DNA of 64,000 bases, from assembly GCF_009914755.1 (NCBI RefSeq), contig NC_060932.1, one strand, 5' to 3'. The notes beneath the pieces are model-generated. The model was not told where the DNA came from and did not search any database. It saw only the letters and a program-made list of their open reading frames with translations. This DNA is from the human T2T-CHM13v2.0 reference genome, Homo sapiens. The position numbers and the translations under genes were made by a program. Numbering within the stretch: position 1 is the stretch's first letter; every line of letters starts with the position of its first letter. Positions 1-14,510 of this stretch are shown here, in pieces.

Positions 1-399
1 TCTGCAATAGATAATTTAAGCTGATTATCTGCAAGGTTTGTAGAAGATGTTTGAAGGGATTAGAATTTATGTGGACATCATTGTCCTATGGAAATCAAGA
101 ATTATCAGGATCACAATATTTTACTCGATATTTATTGCAGTAAATAGAAAATAATAGAGTAAAACAGCTTTTGAATTTTCAGCAAACTAAAAGTGTGTAT
201 GGATTCAAAGAAAAAAATGATGATAGAATTCACATTGAAATATATTCCTTACAAGAAAGAAAAAAGAATTCAATGTAATATCAGATTTAAAACCTGTGTG
301 AATATTACTAAAGCACAGAGGTCACCAGGAAAAAATCAAGTAAGGATTTAATACAGTCCTAGTAAATTTTCTCACAACAAATATAAAGTCAAATTATAG

Positions 400-1235
400 A
401 ATGGATAACACTATTTGCAAATATATATGAAAAAATCCTTGTAACTAGAATATGTTTTAGAAGTTACAAAAAACACAGAAACAAGCAAATCAACCTAATT
501 ATAAAATGGGCAAAAAATAAAAACAGACATTTACTTCAGCAAAGAGGAAATATGGATAGAAAATAAAGCAAATGAAAATATGTTCTATATTATTAGCCAT
601 TAGGGAAATTTAAATTAAAACCATAATGACACATGACTCCAAATCTCTCAGGACAGCTAAAAAAAAAAAAAAAAGTGGCAATACTAAATACTAGCAAGGA
701 TGCAGAGAAACTTGATCTCCCAAATATTGCTGAGTGTTCAGTAAAAAGCACCAATCTGAAAAGGTTACATACTATATTACTCCCTTTCTAGAACACTCTC
801 AATGATGAATAAAATGGTAATGATGAAGATCAGATAGTGGTTACCAGGAGTTAGGGATGGCAGGGGGTGGGGTGGGGCTGACTGCCACCGTAAACAGATA
901 GCTGGAGGGAGTCCTTTTGTGATGAAAGAACAGTTTTGCATGTTGATTGTGCTGGTTTCAAAAATGTACACAGGTGACCAAATTGCATAGTACTACACAC
1001 ATGCACACAAGCACACGCTCACATGAGTACATGTAAAAGCACGAGTGAAGTACACGTGGAGTCTGAACAGTTTCTGTAGATTGTACCAATGTCAGCTTTC
1101 TGGTTTTGATATTGCACAGTATTTATGCAGGATGACCACCGGGGAATACTGGGTGAGGATACATGGGACCCATGCTGAACTACTTTTAAAACTCCTTGTG
1201 CATGTATAATTATTTCAAATTTAAAAATTTAAAAA
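400..1235 (+). mobile_element. Old L1M (L1MC/MD-like) 3' end fragment
   Basis: Degenerate L1 ORF2 C-terminal/3'UTR motifs (aaatgggcaaaa...aacagacattt, attagccattagggaaat..aaattaaaacca, aaaggttacatactatat..tcc), ending in tgtataattatttcaaat plus an A-rich tail. Boundaries approximate. Confidence 0.75.
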
Positions 1236-2424
1236 CCCATAATTAACACACAAAATTAATTATGAATTAAAAATAATATAAGAATAGAATTTTTTAGCAT
1301 TTAATTCACTAAAGGAAACTAGTGAAACATCTGCCTATCCAGAAATTGTTTCAATAACAGGAAGAACAGTTGGAAAAAGTTATGCTCAGTTTTCTCTCAC
1401 GTTTCGTTCACATTTCAAAAATCTCTTTAAAATTGAAGTTATAAGTAAAATTGGCAATTAAAATTGGAATCAGAAAATTACAATGTTTATCTCCTTTGGG
1501 ACCTAGGGTAGTATTGACATGGATTTTAACTATATACATTCTATGTAAAATGTTCTCTGGGGGTTTTTCTCTCCAGGTTGGGGAATGGATGTCCAAGGTT
1601 CAGCCCTTTCATATGGCTATTTATAGTGACATATTTACTGTCAAAATACTGTGACTCAGGAAATTTTAACAACACTGTTATTTAATTCCCTCCCCCATTT
1701 TCATTAAATATTCTCTCTCTGTCTCTCTCTCTCTCTCTCATCCTCAAGATTTCATCGTGACTTTCACTGTTATCCTCAGATTTTATTGGAATTGTTGCTG
1801 TGTGTGTTTAATTACATAATAACAGGGCTATTTTTTAAGGAGAGTCTGAATTAGCAGCATTGTTTGAGACAAAACTTTTGCACAATCAGCACATCTCTGG
1901 TAGTAGTGCTGGGATTTTGAGTTTAACCTTTGAGATGTTTTAAAATGGCAGCTGTGTACCAACTGCTATGTCTGGCAAAAAAAAAGAAATAAAAAGCATT
2001 GATCTCTAAAAACTTAACATTACTTTCCACCTACGCATCCCAGAAGTGAATTGGCATCAGAAGGGGAAAAACATATTTTGTTAATTATATTTTTCTTCCA
2101 GGATCTTTTAAGCCAACCCAGAAGAAGAAAAACTTGAGTGATTTGCTTCTTTTACCTATAAAAAGGAAATTTTGAATAACGACAATAATAGTAACAACCA
2201 GAATCTGAGTATCTGTATGGTAAAGTCTGGTGCTTAGCTTTGTGGATAATCTAATAGTTTAAAAAGTCATGTTCATTTCCCCCAGGAGTACATCTGTATT
2301 ACACAGAGCAAGTCTGCCTTGGAGCAGATGGGGACAGTGCCCATGGCTGGCTGATGGTTGATTTAAATATCCCAAACATTCACACAGGACCATTGGTTTG
2401 ATAATTGCACACTATTTTGGCAGT

Positions 2425-3500
<1,076 letters not shown>

Positions 3501-4039
3501 ATATTTATGACATTATATATTTTATATACACATATATACATTTTATATACACACATAAAATGTGTGTGTGTATATATATCCATATATATGTAGTGTGTGT
3601 ATATATATATAGCCATATAGATGGGGTTAAGTTGAGTTATATTCTCTTGGGTATTTAATGTGAGAAAGAACAAATCGAATTGGTTACCTGAAGCTCACTC
3701 ATCCACCATTCACTAATGTAAACTGAGTTTACAGTCAGCTCATCCATTCTATCCCCAAAAATGAGAAAGAGAGAGAAACTGGAGAAACCGACTTTCTCTT
3801 TTCCGACTGTTAGCTTAGGTTGGTGGATGAAAAAAAATCCTTATTGAAAGTTATATATCTGGAGCCAGAAAAACAATGAATAGGAAAATGAATATTTTAT
3901 ATTTCACCTGCTGAGAACTCAAATCCCAAATGGCATAGCATACTTAAATACAGTTATTATGGCCATATATTGTTTGGTCTGCAGCAATATAGCATTTATT
4001 AAAAGTGCTCAGTTGTTAGTGTTCAAGCTCATGTTGAAA

Positions 4040-4335
4040 TATGCATGTGTGTAACTATATCTGTATATGTGTGTGTGTATATATATACACACACACGGAC
4101 ATACACATAAATATACGTGTGTGTTACCATATCTGTGTATATGCGTGTGTGTATATATATATGGATATATATGGATATATATGTGTATATATATATGGAT
4201 ATATATATGTGTGTATATATATGGATATATATGTGTATATATATGGCTATATATGTGTGGGTATATATATGGCTATATATATATGTGTATATATATATGG
4301 CTATATATATACACATACACATAGATACACACATA
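4040..4335. repeat. Compound (TA)/(TG) microsatellite with recurrent atatatatgg(a/c)t units
   Basis: Directly visible; it explains the four overlapping Tyr/Ile-rich ORFs at 4029-4392. Confidence 0.95.
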
Positions 4336-7300
4336 AATTCAAGGGCATTTTCTTTGTACAAAGCTTGTTTTAGGAGAACTGTCAGTTTATGATGAGCTTA
4401 AAAGCTCTGTGCTATATATTGTTTTCTAAGCCACTGCTGGACACTGAGTTGATTTCAGCACGGAGTCATTTCCAGCTGTGGCAAGCTGTGTACTGAATCT
4501 CCTAGTACCCAGGCATGGCTCGTGATAGAACAGTTTGTCCTGCCCAAAGAGAAAAATATCTTCCAACCAGCACTCTTGGCTATAGGATTTTTAAATCAGG
4601 AGTGAATCAGACTAGTTTAAATTCATTTGGACACATTTTCTACAATATAACAGGAAGAGATTTTTTTCCCCAGCTAATAAATCTACTCATGTGCAGAAAC
4701 TTTGTGTTCCAGCCTAACAAGGTTTATGGTCTTCAGAGCACTCCATATATACTTTTGCCTTTTCTTTGCTTAAGATGGTCCCTCTAACATGAAATGTTCT
4801 CTTTCTCTCCTATTGCTTTGCCCATCCAGTAATAAGCAGAAGTTTTTTCTTTTCCCAAAGAATGAAGAATTACTTGCCAAAGAGTATGTTGCTCTGTTCT
4901 AAAACCCTGCAAGTTTGGGCTGTGGTTCTCCCATGAGTGATTGCCACAGACTTCATGTAGCATCCCCATTTGATATCATTTAAGTTGTATTCCATGTACT
5001 GGTCAACTCATAGAGCAGCTTGCCCTGCAGCTCGATTAAGAGCCCTACTCAAAGCTAGAGCAAGGGACCCATCTAAAATTGGTAGCTCTACAATTTACTT
5101 GGCAAGGGGATCAATGTGATGTATTTGCCTTCAATGTCAAAAGAATTGCCCCATGAGTATTGTTCTCTTTCGTGGTGGTAAATATAATAAAGTATAGCAG
5201 CTTTTCTTTCACTATGATGAGTGCTTTGCCAAAATGCTATTAGCCACCAATTTCTTCCATCCCCAATAATGCTACTAGCATGGCAGAATCCCACATATTT
5301 AGAGAGTTTATCTCCCACCTTCTATCAAACATAAAGGTATATGTTTATTCCTGATCATTGGCTTGCTGACGTCAATATAGTAGGCCAGTGAAATGTCTGT
5401 GAGATGGTAAGATAATCTAAATTCCTATAGATTAAATCATCCGAGAGAACCAGCACATTTACATAGTCTTGAAATAAGACCAAATATTATTCTCTGTCTT
5501 GTGAATAAAAACTGATTCTAGTGTTGTCTGACAGTTGGACAGATAGCGGTGGTGGTGGGGGGTGGAGACATACAATATCTGCATCCCAGAAGTAGGGCAT
5601 GTGTGGTTACCTCTAATAAAAAGACAACAAATAGAACAGCAGCTGCAATTTGTTCACAACCTGATAAAATTTGTGAAATCTGCTGTCATTTTCCTATACC
5701 TCTCTATCTTCAATATAATCCAAAAAGGAGACTTAGCAGGTTTGTGATAAGAATCATAGAGTTGAATCTTTCAACTATTGGGTGATGGCACTAATCTTTG
5801 TTATTTCACTAGGAATGTGGTATTGATTTCTGCATGCTGTTTTGGTGTTACATTATTTCTAGGGGTTTCTACTTGCCCCTTCCTACCATATTATCACTTC
5901 TTTCATGGTTCAGGAGCTAGTGTGGGAACCCTGACATTAGCTTATTTCAACTGTGCATTCAGCAAACAAAGAAATTACAGGAGCCTGTTTTCTCAGATTC
6001 CTTGGACCTACAGTTAATTTAACTGGGGATATTAAGTTATTTATCACCTGAACCCCACAACCTTAACTCCGATAAGTGGACCAGCATGATGTTCTTAATC
6101 CACAGAGATTAGTATTTGCTCACAGCTGCAAAAGGTTGAAAATAGGCTTTTCTTCTATGTGCAGATTTCCTAGTAAATGTTTACAGATCCCTTTGGAGAT
6201 GGCTATAGGAAAGATTTGGAGTCATGATTTCTGTGCTATCACGTGATTGTTGCTGAATGTTTCACAGGCCTTCCTTCAAGGAAAATACTCTCATTCCGTG
6301 AACTAATTCAAATCCAGGGACTGAGTTCCTTAAATGAAACCTATGCTCACCAGAGCTCTGGTGGTAAAGAAGAGCTGCCATGTAGCTTCTGGCAGTTTGG
6401 GATCTGTTCATGTCCACCAAAGTCAGGGCACACCATCAAGTGGAGCAACTCGTAATTTTCTCCTTCGTTTCTAGAGGAGAGCCACCATAGTTTTATTTAT
6501 GTTTAAGAAGCTGGTCCTCTCTTCACCAATGTACTTCTTTAGTGTTAGTGAAGGGAGTATGCTCTGAATACTCCAAGATTCAGGCTGAATGTTGGAGGGT
6601 CATATATGATAAACACAACTTGATTTCTCTCTAAATATTTAGATTCCTTTCTTTATGTTATACACAGACATTTCTGACACCTCAACTTCATTTAGCACAG
6701 TCCATCCTTGAGTCTAGATTTCAGTCCACCAGCTGAGTAGCTGTTATAACCACTGTCAGATACATAAATTACTTCTTTGAATATAGAATCACTGAAAAAA
6801 TTTTCCTAACCTTGGTTCAATATAAAATTGTTTCTTCTACTATGCTACAAGAACAACAAAATCAATTTCCACACATATTTCTCACGTTTCTGCTGATACA
6901 AATGAGCAGATTCTTGCACATTTTTGGTGCATAACTGTCCTTGAAGGTCAAACTTTATTCTTGTCCCCCACGAAGTGTGCTGAGCTGTGCATCTGAGAGA
7001 TGGTAACAGAGGTGAGGCATTCAGATAAATGGCTTCTCTTTACCAGTAACTTTTCAGGTGCGGTCACTTTAGGGTTTAAGCCGGGCAGGGCAGGCCTCAC
7101 TGGAAAAGAAGTGGAGCTGCTCTTGACAGCAATGACGTTTTGGCAAGGTTTCAGAATGGGGGCACTCCAAATGAGACAAACCTCTTTGAAAGTCCTTAGG
7201 CAAATTCTTGGAATCTAATTCTTTCACCAACATTACCCAATTTTCACTTAGAAAAACTGGCTAGTCTGTACATTCAAATGTGTTGTGACTCAACAGCACT

Positions 7301-7707
7301 CCGAATCTGACTGTTCTTGATTTAAATACGTTTCCCTGAGGTGCAAAAAGGCAAAACATTTGTTAAAGTCAGTCATAGAAGCTTCCTCTAACATCCTAGC
7401 CTTGACTTCAGTTACATATTTAAAACCATGAGCTTACCATTTCCTTTCTTTAAAGTCTCCATCACAGTCAACATTTTCTCATTTTTATTTTGTGCAATAA
7501 TGATTCACAGAGGCAGACGGCCATTTGCCCACTAAATCTTTGCCTTCAATCAGCCTATGTATAATTAAATATAATGTCTGCCACTGGTCCAGTAGATCAC
7601 CATGCTCAGAACATCAACTTTGCATTTGCACCTACCTTTTTTGGATAACCAAAATCAAATTCTCATTTCCTTTAATCTCCTACCTTCAACTCCTGCTGAT
7701 TTTAATT

Positions 7708-8507
7708 ACAGCAGTCCCTCCTTATTCATGGGAAATATGTTCCAAGACTCCAGTGTATTCCTGAAACCTCAGATAGAACCAAACCTTATATACACTATTT
7801 TTTCCTATATACACAAACCTATGATAAAGTTTAATTTAATTAATATTAAGTTAATATGGTGCAACATGTTGCTGTCAATCAGAACACGTCTTCTCTTATA
7901 TCTTCCACCCACAAATGTAATGCCTTTTTCCACCTTAACTAAAAATTTATCACACAGTGGCCATATCTTTTGCAGTTTGGGGTGCAACAGTAAAACTAGC
8001 ACACATTTCTTTTTCCTTCTTTACAATTGCACCAATAGAAGATTTGTTATTACCATAGACTTTAGCAACCTCAGGGCAATTATTTTTCTTTTCTTACTAA
8101 GTGGACAACTTTCATCTTTTCACTTAAAAGAAACACTACACTGCTTCTCTCACAGGCCAGGCCTGAATCTCCAGCATTACTACTCTTGTGTTTTGGGGTC
8201 ATTACGAAGTAAAATAAGGGTGACTTGAGCAGAAGCACTGTGATGCTGTGACGATCAGTCTGATAACTACTTAGATGCCTACTAAGTGACTAGGGCAGAG
8301 AGCATCTATAGCATAGACATACTGGACAAAGGAAGGATTCACGTTCCAAGCAGGACAGGGTGGAATGGTGAGAGATTTTACCACGCTAGTCAGAAGTGCA
8401 CACCATTGAAAGTGTATGAGTGGTTTATTTCTAGAATTTTCTATTTAATATTTTGAGACCCCGTCGACTGGATAACTGAAACCATGGAAAGTGAAACCAT
8501 GGATAAG
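7708..8507 (-). mobile_element. MER44-family (Tigger7-derived) non-autonomous DNA transposon
   Basis: Left terminus ta|cagcagtccctccttattc. The right portion (...aactgaaaccatggaaagtgaaaccatggataag) is the reverse complement of the MER44 5' end; internal ctactaagtgact..gggcag and ctggacaaagg..gattcacgt blocks. Confidence 0.85.
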
Positions 8508-9059
8508 TGTTAATTAGGGTTCAGTTTTAGAAAACAGAAGCCACTCTAGTTTGAGCAATGCAAATTTTCTTATAATTTATGAAGTGGCTTCTAGAATTGT
8601 TGGTAGTTCTGAAGAAGCAGATTGTGATTGAAAGTTCAGGAGTGACACCAAAAACCACACTGCAGAACCAGGCCACTGATTCATACTACTGTTGCCACTA
8701 TATGGAAGCTATTAATATCAAGGAAATGCTCTGATCAGGAAGTGATTACAACCACAAAACCTACCAGAAAATGAATAGACCATGCTGCACTTTTTATAAC
8801 TTGTGCCTGCATATATTATACACTTCACCTTCCCTTTGGTATCTATTGGAAGCTAGTGACTACATGATACCAACATCTGTGCTAACACAAACAAAACACT
8901 GGTAAACGCTGACAGCCCACCAGCAGGCTCACAAGCAGCAAAAATGACATCTGTGCTTCACTTCCACCCTCTAAAACTGAAGGAGGATTTTTGCTTTCTT
9001 TTCTTATGTTAAGAAATGCACAAAAATACAGTTGGGTTCCAATTCACCATCTTCACCAC

Positions 9060-9190
9060 TTCAAGGATACGTTAACTAGTCTGATTTAATTATTCCACAT
9101 GGTAAACATGTATCAAGACATCACATTGTACCCTGTAACTATATGTAATTATTATTTGCCAATTAAAAGATTTTTTAAAAATCTTTAAAA
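9060..9190 (+). mobile_element. Short L1M 3'-terminal fragment
   Basis: catgtatcaagacatcacattgtaccctgtaactatatgtaattattatttgccaattaaaa matches L1MA-type 3' ends. Confidence 0.65.
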
Positions 9191-9532
9191 AGAAGAGCAG
9201 ATGTCAACATTGGAAATATTTTCAGTTCTTCAGTGATTTCTGGTACCAGGTATTACAAATGAATAAACTTAATTTCTACATGCCTTGCATTTCTTTTACG
9301 TAAAATAGTAATAGAATTATCAAACTCATAAAGACTTTGTGAAAAGTCAATGAGATGATACTGAGTGTCTTGCTTGGGCCATAATGGGTGGGTAAAAATA
9401 AAATTGTCAAAGAAGAGCTGAATCATTGCTTCTTCTCATCGAGATACTGCAGTGTTTTCCCCTCCTCCCACTCCTTAAATGCACCAAACACAATCTTAAC
9501 ACATAATCCCCTCTAAATATCTAAATTTTAGT

Positions 9533-9657
9533 GGCCAGTCATGGTGGCTCATGACTGTAATATCAGTACTTCATGAGGCTGAGAAGGGAGGATCACTTGG
9601 GGCTAGGAATTCGAGAACAGCCTGGGCAACATAGTGAGAGCTCATCTCTACCAAAAA
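9533..9657 (+). mobile_element. FLAM-type free left Alu monomer
   Basis: ggccagtcatggtggctcatg...gaattcgagaacagcctgggcaacatagtgaga...ctctaccaaaaa; no right arm. Confidence 0.9.
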
Positions 9658-10245
9658 GAAGTCATGCTAGCTAATATTCCAAACATATTCCTTGATTAGA
9701 CACTGTATCAGATAATGAGTTAATCAGTACCAAAATGGAATCATTGGCCTTCTTTACTCTCCATTCCCTGAGGCAACTGATCTGATGTTCAACACCATGT
9801 ACCAGGAGCAAAGAGTAGTTACTGGTGGTGCCCATTTTGACTGATCAATTCGTTTACAATGTACATTGTTAAATATTTTGAATGAATCTCAGGAGTAAAG
9901 GTAGATATCAGAAAGAAGTAAAAATGAGCATCCAGAAAAGAAACAAGTGAGGGAGCAAAGTGAGCAAGATATCAAGAGGTGCCTGAGGATACACAGGCAT
10001 CATCCAACTCCTGATGAAATTTCTCCCACACATAGAAATCACCTTAATGCAAAATAAAAGTATTTTATTTGAAGTTTAAAGTGACTTCTTATATTGCTTT
10101 ATAGTTTACTAAGCATCTTCCATGTGCTATGGTGCTCAGCCTTCACAGCCACTCTCTGAACTATGAAGCAGGAGTTCGCACTTGTTGGAACAGCATCCTC
10201 TGCCCCTGCCTGCCCTTTATGCTAGACATACAACTTATTCTTTAA

Positions 10246-10544
<299 letters not shown>

Positions 10545-10571
10545 AAATTTTCTTTTTTTAAGTACTGGACC

Positions 10572-11114
10572 TGATGTAGGAGACTGGTAGGAGGACTTGT
10601 TTTCTGGTCAGAACCCTGCTGACCAAAACAAGACCTGGTTCAGACAGGATAAACTGAAAAAACCAGCAGGAATCAGCAGATGGTGACTAAGGTGACCCCT
10701 AGCTGTCTTCATTGTTCATTGGCATAAGACACTTCCACCAGCACCATGACAGTTGACACGTGCCCTGGAAATGACTTGGAAGTTACTACCCTTTCTATGG
10801 CAAGGACTCAGAAGTTACTGACCCTTTTCTAGAAAATTCTAAATAATCTGCCCCTCAATTTACATTGATCTGCCATTAATTTGCATATAATTCAAAGTGG
10901 GTTTACATGAATAAAAATACAGTTGCCAGGAACCCATATGTTGTGGACTCTGGGCAAAATTGCCTGTATGTTATCTCTGCTCCTCAAGGAGTAGTACTGT
11001 TCAATTAAAGTATTGCTGCCTAAAACCATTGGCTTGCCCACGTATTCTTTCCTGAGTGAAGCCAGGAACCCTCCTGGGCTAAGCTCCAATTTGTGGGCTG
11101 CCTGTCCTGCATCA
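10572..11114 (+). mobile_element. ERV1 solo LTR, MER41 family (MER41E-like)
   Basis: TG...CA termini (tgatgtagg...ctgcatca), MER41 core taagacacttccaccagcaccatgacagtt, attaaa signal near 11005, and a 4-bp TSD gacc/aacc (1 mismatch). Confidence 0.85.
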
Positions 11115-11379
11115 AACCTATACCAGGGAAAGATTACTCTCTGTATACAGTTGGAAGGATCATATTTAAAGATGGAGGTTTTTTTTTTTTTTTTTTTGAA
11201 TCACAGCCTCTCTCAGTTGTGATCCCAAAACCCAATAGTAGCCTAGGTATGAGGAAGACTAAAGACTCATTTTTATCTAGGAAATAGATTTTGTGTTCTA
11301 GGCTCAATGATAGCTCCTGAAACGTGCAAACAGCCTGGGAACTAACAAATAAGAACATAATTTGTATCTACTCTTTGAG

Positions 11380-11482
11380 GTGTGTGTGTGTGTGCGCACG
11401 TGTGTGTGTGAATGCGTGTGTGTGCTTGTGAACCCCATCTCCTCAAAAAATATGTCCCTACCTTCCTGGATACACATATGTG

Positions 11483-11535
<53 letters not shown>
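11380..11535. repeat. (TG)n tract followed by a long pure (TA)n microsatellite
   Basis: Directly visible: (TG)n about 11380-11424, (TA)n about 11487-11531. Confidence 0.95.
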
Positions 11536-11797
11536 CATATGTTTTTATACATTTTTGCTTGTTTTTTTCCATCATTATTTTTGTTCTCCTTTGGTACTTT
11601 GAAAACTTCAGCTTTTCTATTTTATGCATACAGGGATCTAATAATTAAAGGGGTGCAGGCAGTGTCAAGGCGTATTTTCTCCAAAAAACTCACTCTGTGA
11701 AAAACATTCAATGTCAACAGAGGCAGCTCCTTCTCATCACTTGAAGACCAAACTTTTGACTCTTTGTAAAATAAGCCTCATTATAAAGTATCTTCCT

Positions 11798-12109
11798 GGC
11801 GCGACGCAGTGGCTCATGCCCATAAGCCCAACACTTTGGGAGACTAAGGCAAGTGGATTACCTGAGGTCAGGAGTTCAAGACCAGACTGGCCAATATGGT
11901 GAAACCTTGTCTCTACTAAAAATACAAAAATTAGCTGGGCTTGGTGGTGTGCACCTGTAATTCCAGCTACCGGGGAGGCTGAGGCAGGAGAATCGTATGA
12001 GGCAGAAGTTGCAGTGAGCTGAGATCACGCCATTATTGTACTCCAGCCTGGGAGACATGTGAAACTCTGTCTCCAAAAAAAACAAAACAAAACAAAAAAA
12101 CAAAAAAAA
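11798..12109 (+). mobile_element. AluSx-like, full length
   Basis: Alu dimer with an (AAAAC)-patterned tail; TSD aaagtatcttcc at 11785-11796 and 12107-12118. Confidence 0.95.
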
Positions 12110-12194
12110 GTATCTTCCCATCACAAATCCTGGTGGTTCTTAGTACTATTTAATACTTAACATGGATTTCTTCTTTATGCTAAACTCTCTATTC

Positions 12195-12300
12195 TATGAA
12201 TACACAGATTAAAACTCAGAAACTCAGATGGGTAAATGTACTTGACTAAATTCCCATGGCTAGTAAATGTCAGAACTAGGACTGAAAAACCCTTCAGTTC
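12195..12300 (-). mobile_element. MIR fragment
   Basis: acagattaaaactcagaaactcagatgggtaaatgtacttgactaaa...atggctagtaaatgtcagaactaggactgaa resembles the antisense MIR core. Confidence 0.6.
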
Positions 12301-13263
12301 CAATGTTCCTACTCCTTCTTTGAAAAATTTTTTTCTTAACCTTGGGGTTCAAGGGAAGTGAACTGTGCATTCCAAGTCTCTAAAGTAGCCATGACTATAA
12401 CTGCTATTGAGGTGGCTCAGGGACTATAGAGATCTTAGGAACGGCAGCTGTGCAGTGACAAAATGTCTCCTCAGGACACCCATTTGATCCGAAAGCCAGA
12501 AAACTGACAGATATTCTAACATAAGAATTGTTCATTTTCATAGTGTTCGGTATTACAACACAGATGGGCACAATTTGATATCTCAGTTTTTGCACTGCTC
12601 ATCCATAGATTTTTGCAGCATCATGTTCTGCTTATGAAAAGTCTTCAATATCAAAACAAAATTGACTGCTATTTTTCTTAGCTACTTCACATATGTAGAG
12701 AACAAAGAAGATAAGGACAGCAATGCAGAGAGAAAGGAGAGGAGAGAAGAAAAAGGAAAAGAAAGAAGGGCAGGGAAAGAAAGAAAAAGATATCTCCTAA
12801 TAAGCATGATTGCAGTGGGAAGTAAAGACTTGGAATCCACCTCACCTCCTGATCCAAGTCCATTATTCTGTTACCATCTCATGCCATGTATGAGTAATGA
12901 CACAATTTTTCTAACAGAGATGATGATAGTGTTCTTTACTCACATTGATTCAAAAATTAAGAAGAATGTTTTGCATTGTGGAAAATTGTTATTCAAACAT
13001 TGATTACAGATATGCTAGGAGCCCATAATGTAACTGATGAGAAGATAGGCAAATAAACACTAGTGATATAAAATACTTAATGTTTTAAGAAAATGGCAGC
13101 TTTACATTCTGACTTCTAGAAAAATATCAAGGCTTTTTTTCTTTCTTTCAAACCCCTCCTCTCGACCTCTACTCTCAAACTAAGAAGAACTTCATACTGT
13201 CCAAAGGTAAAGAATTGGGCCACAGATATAGTGAATCGATAAAAAAAAAAAAAAAAAAAAAAA

Positions 13264-13570
13264 GGCCAGACACAATGGTTCACTCCTGTAATCCCAGCAC
13301 TTCAGAAGGCTGAGGTGGAACAATTGCTGGAGCCCCAGAGTTCCAGACCAGCCTCAGCAACACAGCAAGATCCTATATCTACAAAAACAGAAAAATTAGC
13401 CAGACAATGTGGTGCACACCTGTAGTTCCAGCTACTCAGGAGGCAGAGGTGGAAGGATTGCTTGAGCCAGGAGTTCAAGGCTGCAGCGAGTTATGATTGT
13501 GCCGCTGCACTCCAGCCTGGGCAGCTGGTGAGACCCTGACTCTAATAAATTAATTAAATAAATAATTAAA
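13264..13570 (+). mobile_element. AluJ, full length, preceded by an A23 tract
   Basis: J-type right arm (ggattgcttgagccaggagttcaaggctgcag) and (TAAA)-like tail. Confidence 0.93.
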
Positions 13571-14059
13571 ATAATGTTAAAGTTCTCATTGTTTTTTAGC
13601 CTATCTTGTATAAATTTCTTCCCTTTCTGCATTTCTTTGTCTACTTTTCAGTTCTCACAAATCCAGGCACAGATAATTCCTTCACAAGGACAGAAACATC
13701 ATTCCTCATCTTTCCCCTAGTATGAGGAAAGGAATTATGGTATGCCATTAAATTGAGAAGAAATAGAGTCTCAAAACTGAAGCCATGCCAAATGCTATGG
13801 AGAAGCCACAGAGACTGGGGACAGAATGGAATTATAAGACTTCTCTGCAAGGAAGTGATTAGCAATTAGGAAGTCGCAAATGACCTTCCGAAGATCAACG
13901 TGAGCAGTGGATGTGTCATAAAGTAACTGCAATGGAGTGAATAAAATGAAAGAGAATGAGAATATTTGCTCATTATTTACAAAGTTTAGGTAAAGTATAA
14001 CTTTCTTAGTAGAGATTTTGTGCAATCAAACAAACTTGTACCAATGAAAATACCCATTT

Positions 14060-14510
14060 TGGCTATCTATTATTATATACAACTCAGTAGCTTAAAAACT
14101 TATCGGTATCTTTTGTAGCAGAGTTTGTCAAGTAGTCTTAAATGGTGGTTCTCTGCTGAGATCACTCATGGCTTTTAGTCAGATGTCAACTGGGGCTGCT
14201 GCATTCATTCGAAGACTCGAATGGGCTGGACATCTAAGAAGGTTCACACACATGGACGGCAGCTGATGCTGACAGCTGGCTGTAGGCTGGACTGATACTG
14301 CGGACTGGAACCCTACACATAGCATTTCTGTGGGTCTATCTAGCAGCATGATAGATTCCTATGAGATTCTCCTGAGACTGAGTGTTCTATAAGAGCCAGA
14401 TGAAAGTTGCAGTAATTTGTGTGGCATATTACCAAAAGTCATGCGATATCACTTTTGCCACATTCTATTGGTCAAAGTGAGACAAAATCAGTTATATTTA
14501 TAGACCATAA
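14060..14510 (-). mobile_element. Old MaLR LTR (MLT1H/J-like)
   Basis: ctatctatt...ctcagtagcttaaaa, gtcagatgtcaactggggctgc, gggctggacatctaaga.gg.tcac.cacatgg and cacttttgccacattctattggtcaaag are typical of antisense MLT1 LTRs. Confidence 0.7.

Noticed and set aside
4029-4392. Overlapping Tyr/Ile-rich ORFs (likewise 11342-11700, 16513-16758, 45030-45260 and the F/S/L or K/R/E ORFs at 50090-50488)
   Set aside because: They are translations of microsatellites that happen to lack stop codons.
7602-8228. 208-aa ORF as a gene or transposase
   Set aside because: It lies mostly in a non-autonomous MER44 element, with low-complexity F/L/S/I composition and no DDE or HTH motifs recognised.
8510-8990. 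Possible ancient LTR starting tgtaattagggttcag
   Set aside because: Too diverged for me to assign a family or boundaries without a profile search.
10780-10850. MER41 LTR as an interferon-inducible STAT1 enhancer
   Set aside because: The GAS-bearing subfamily is mainly MER41B; here the corresponding region reads ttctagaaa, not TTCNNNGAA.
13241-13263. A23 tract upstream of the AluJ (and A/T runs at 659, 11178, 30916, 36207) as tails of further hidden retrocopies
   Set aside because: I could find no flanking TSD pair or properly placed AATAAA, unlike the 39.1-39.9 kb insertion.
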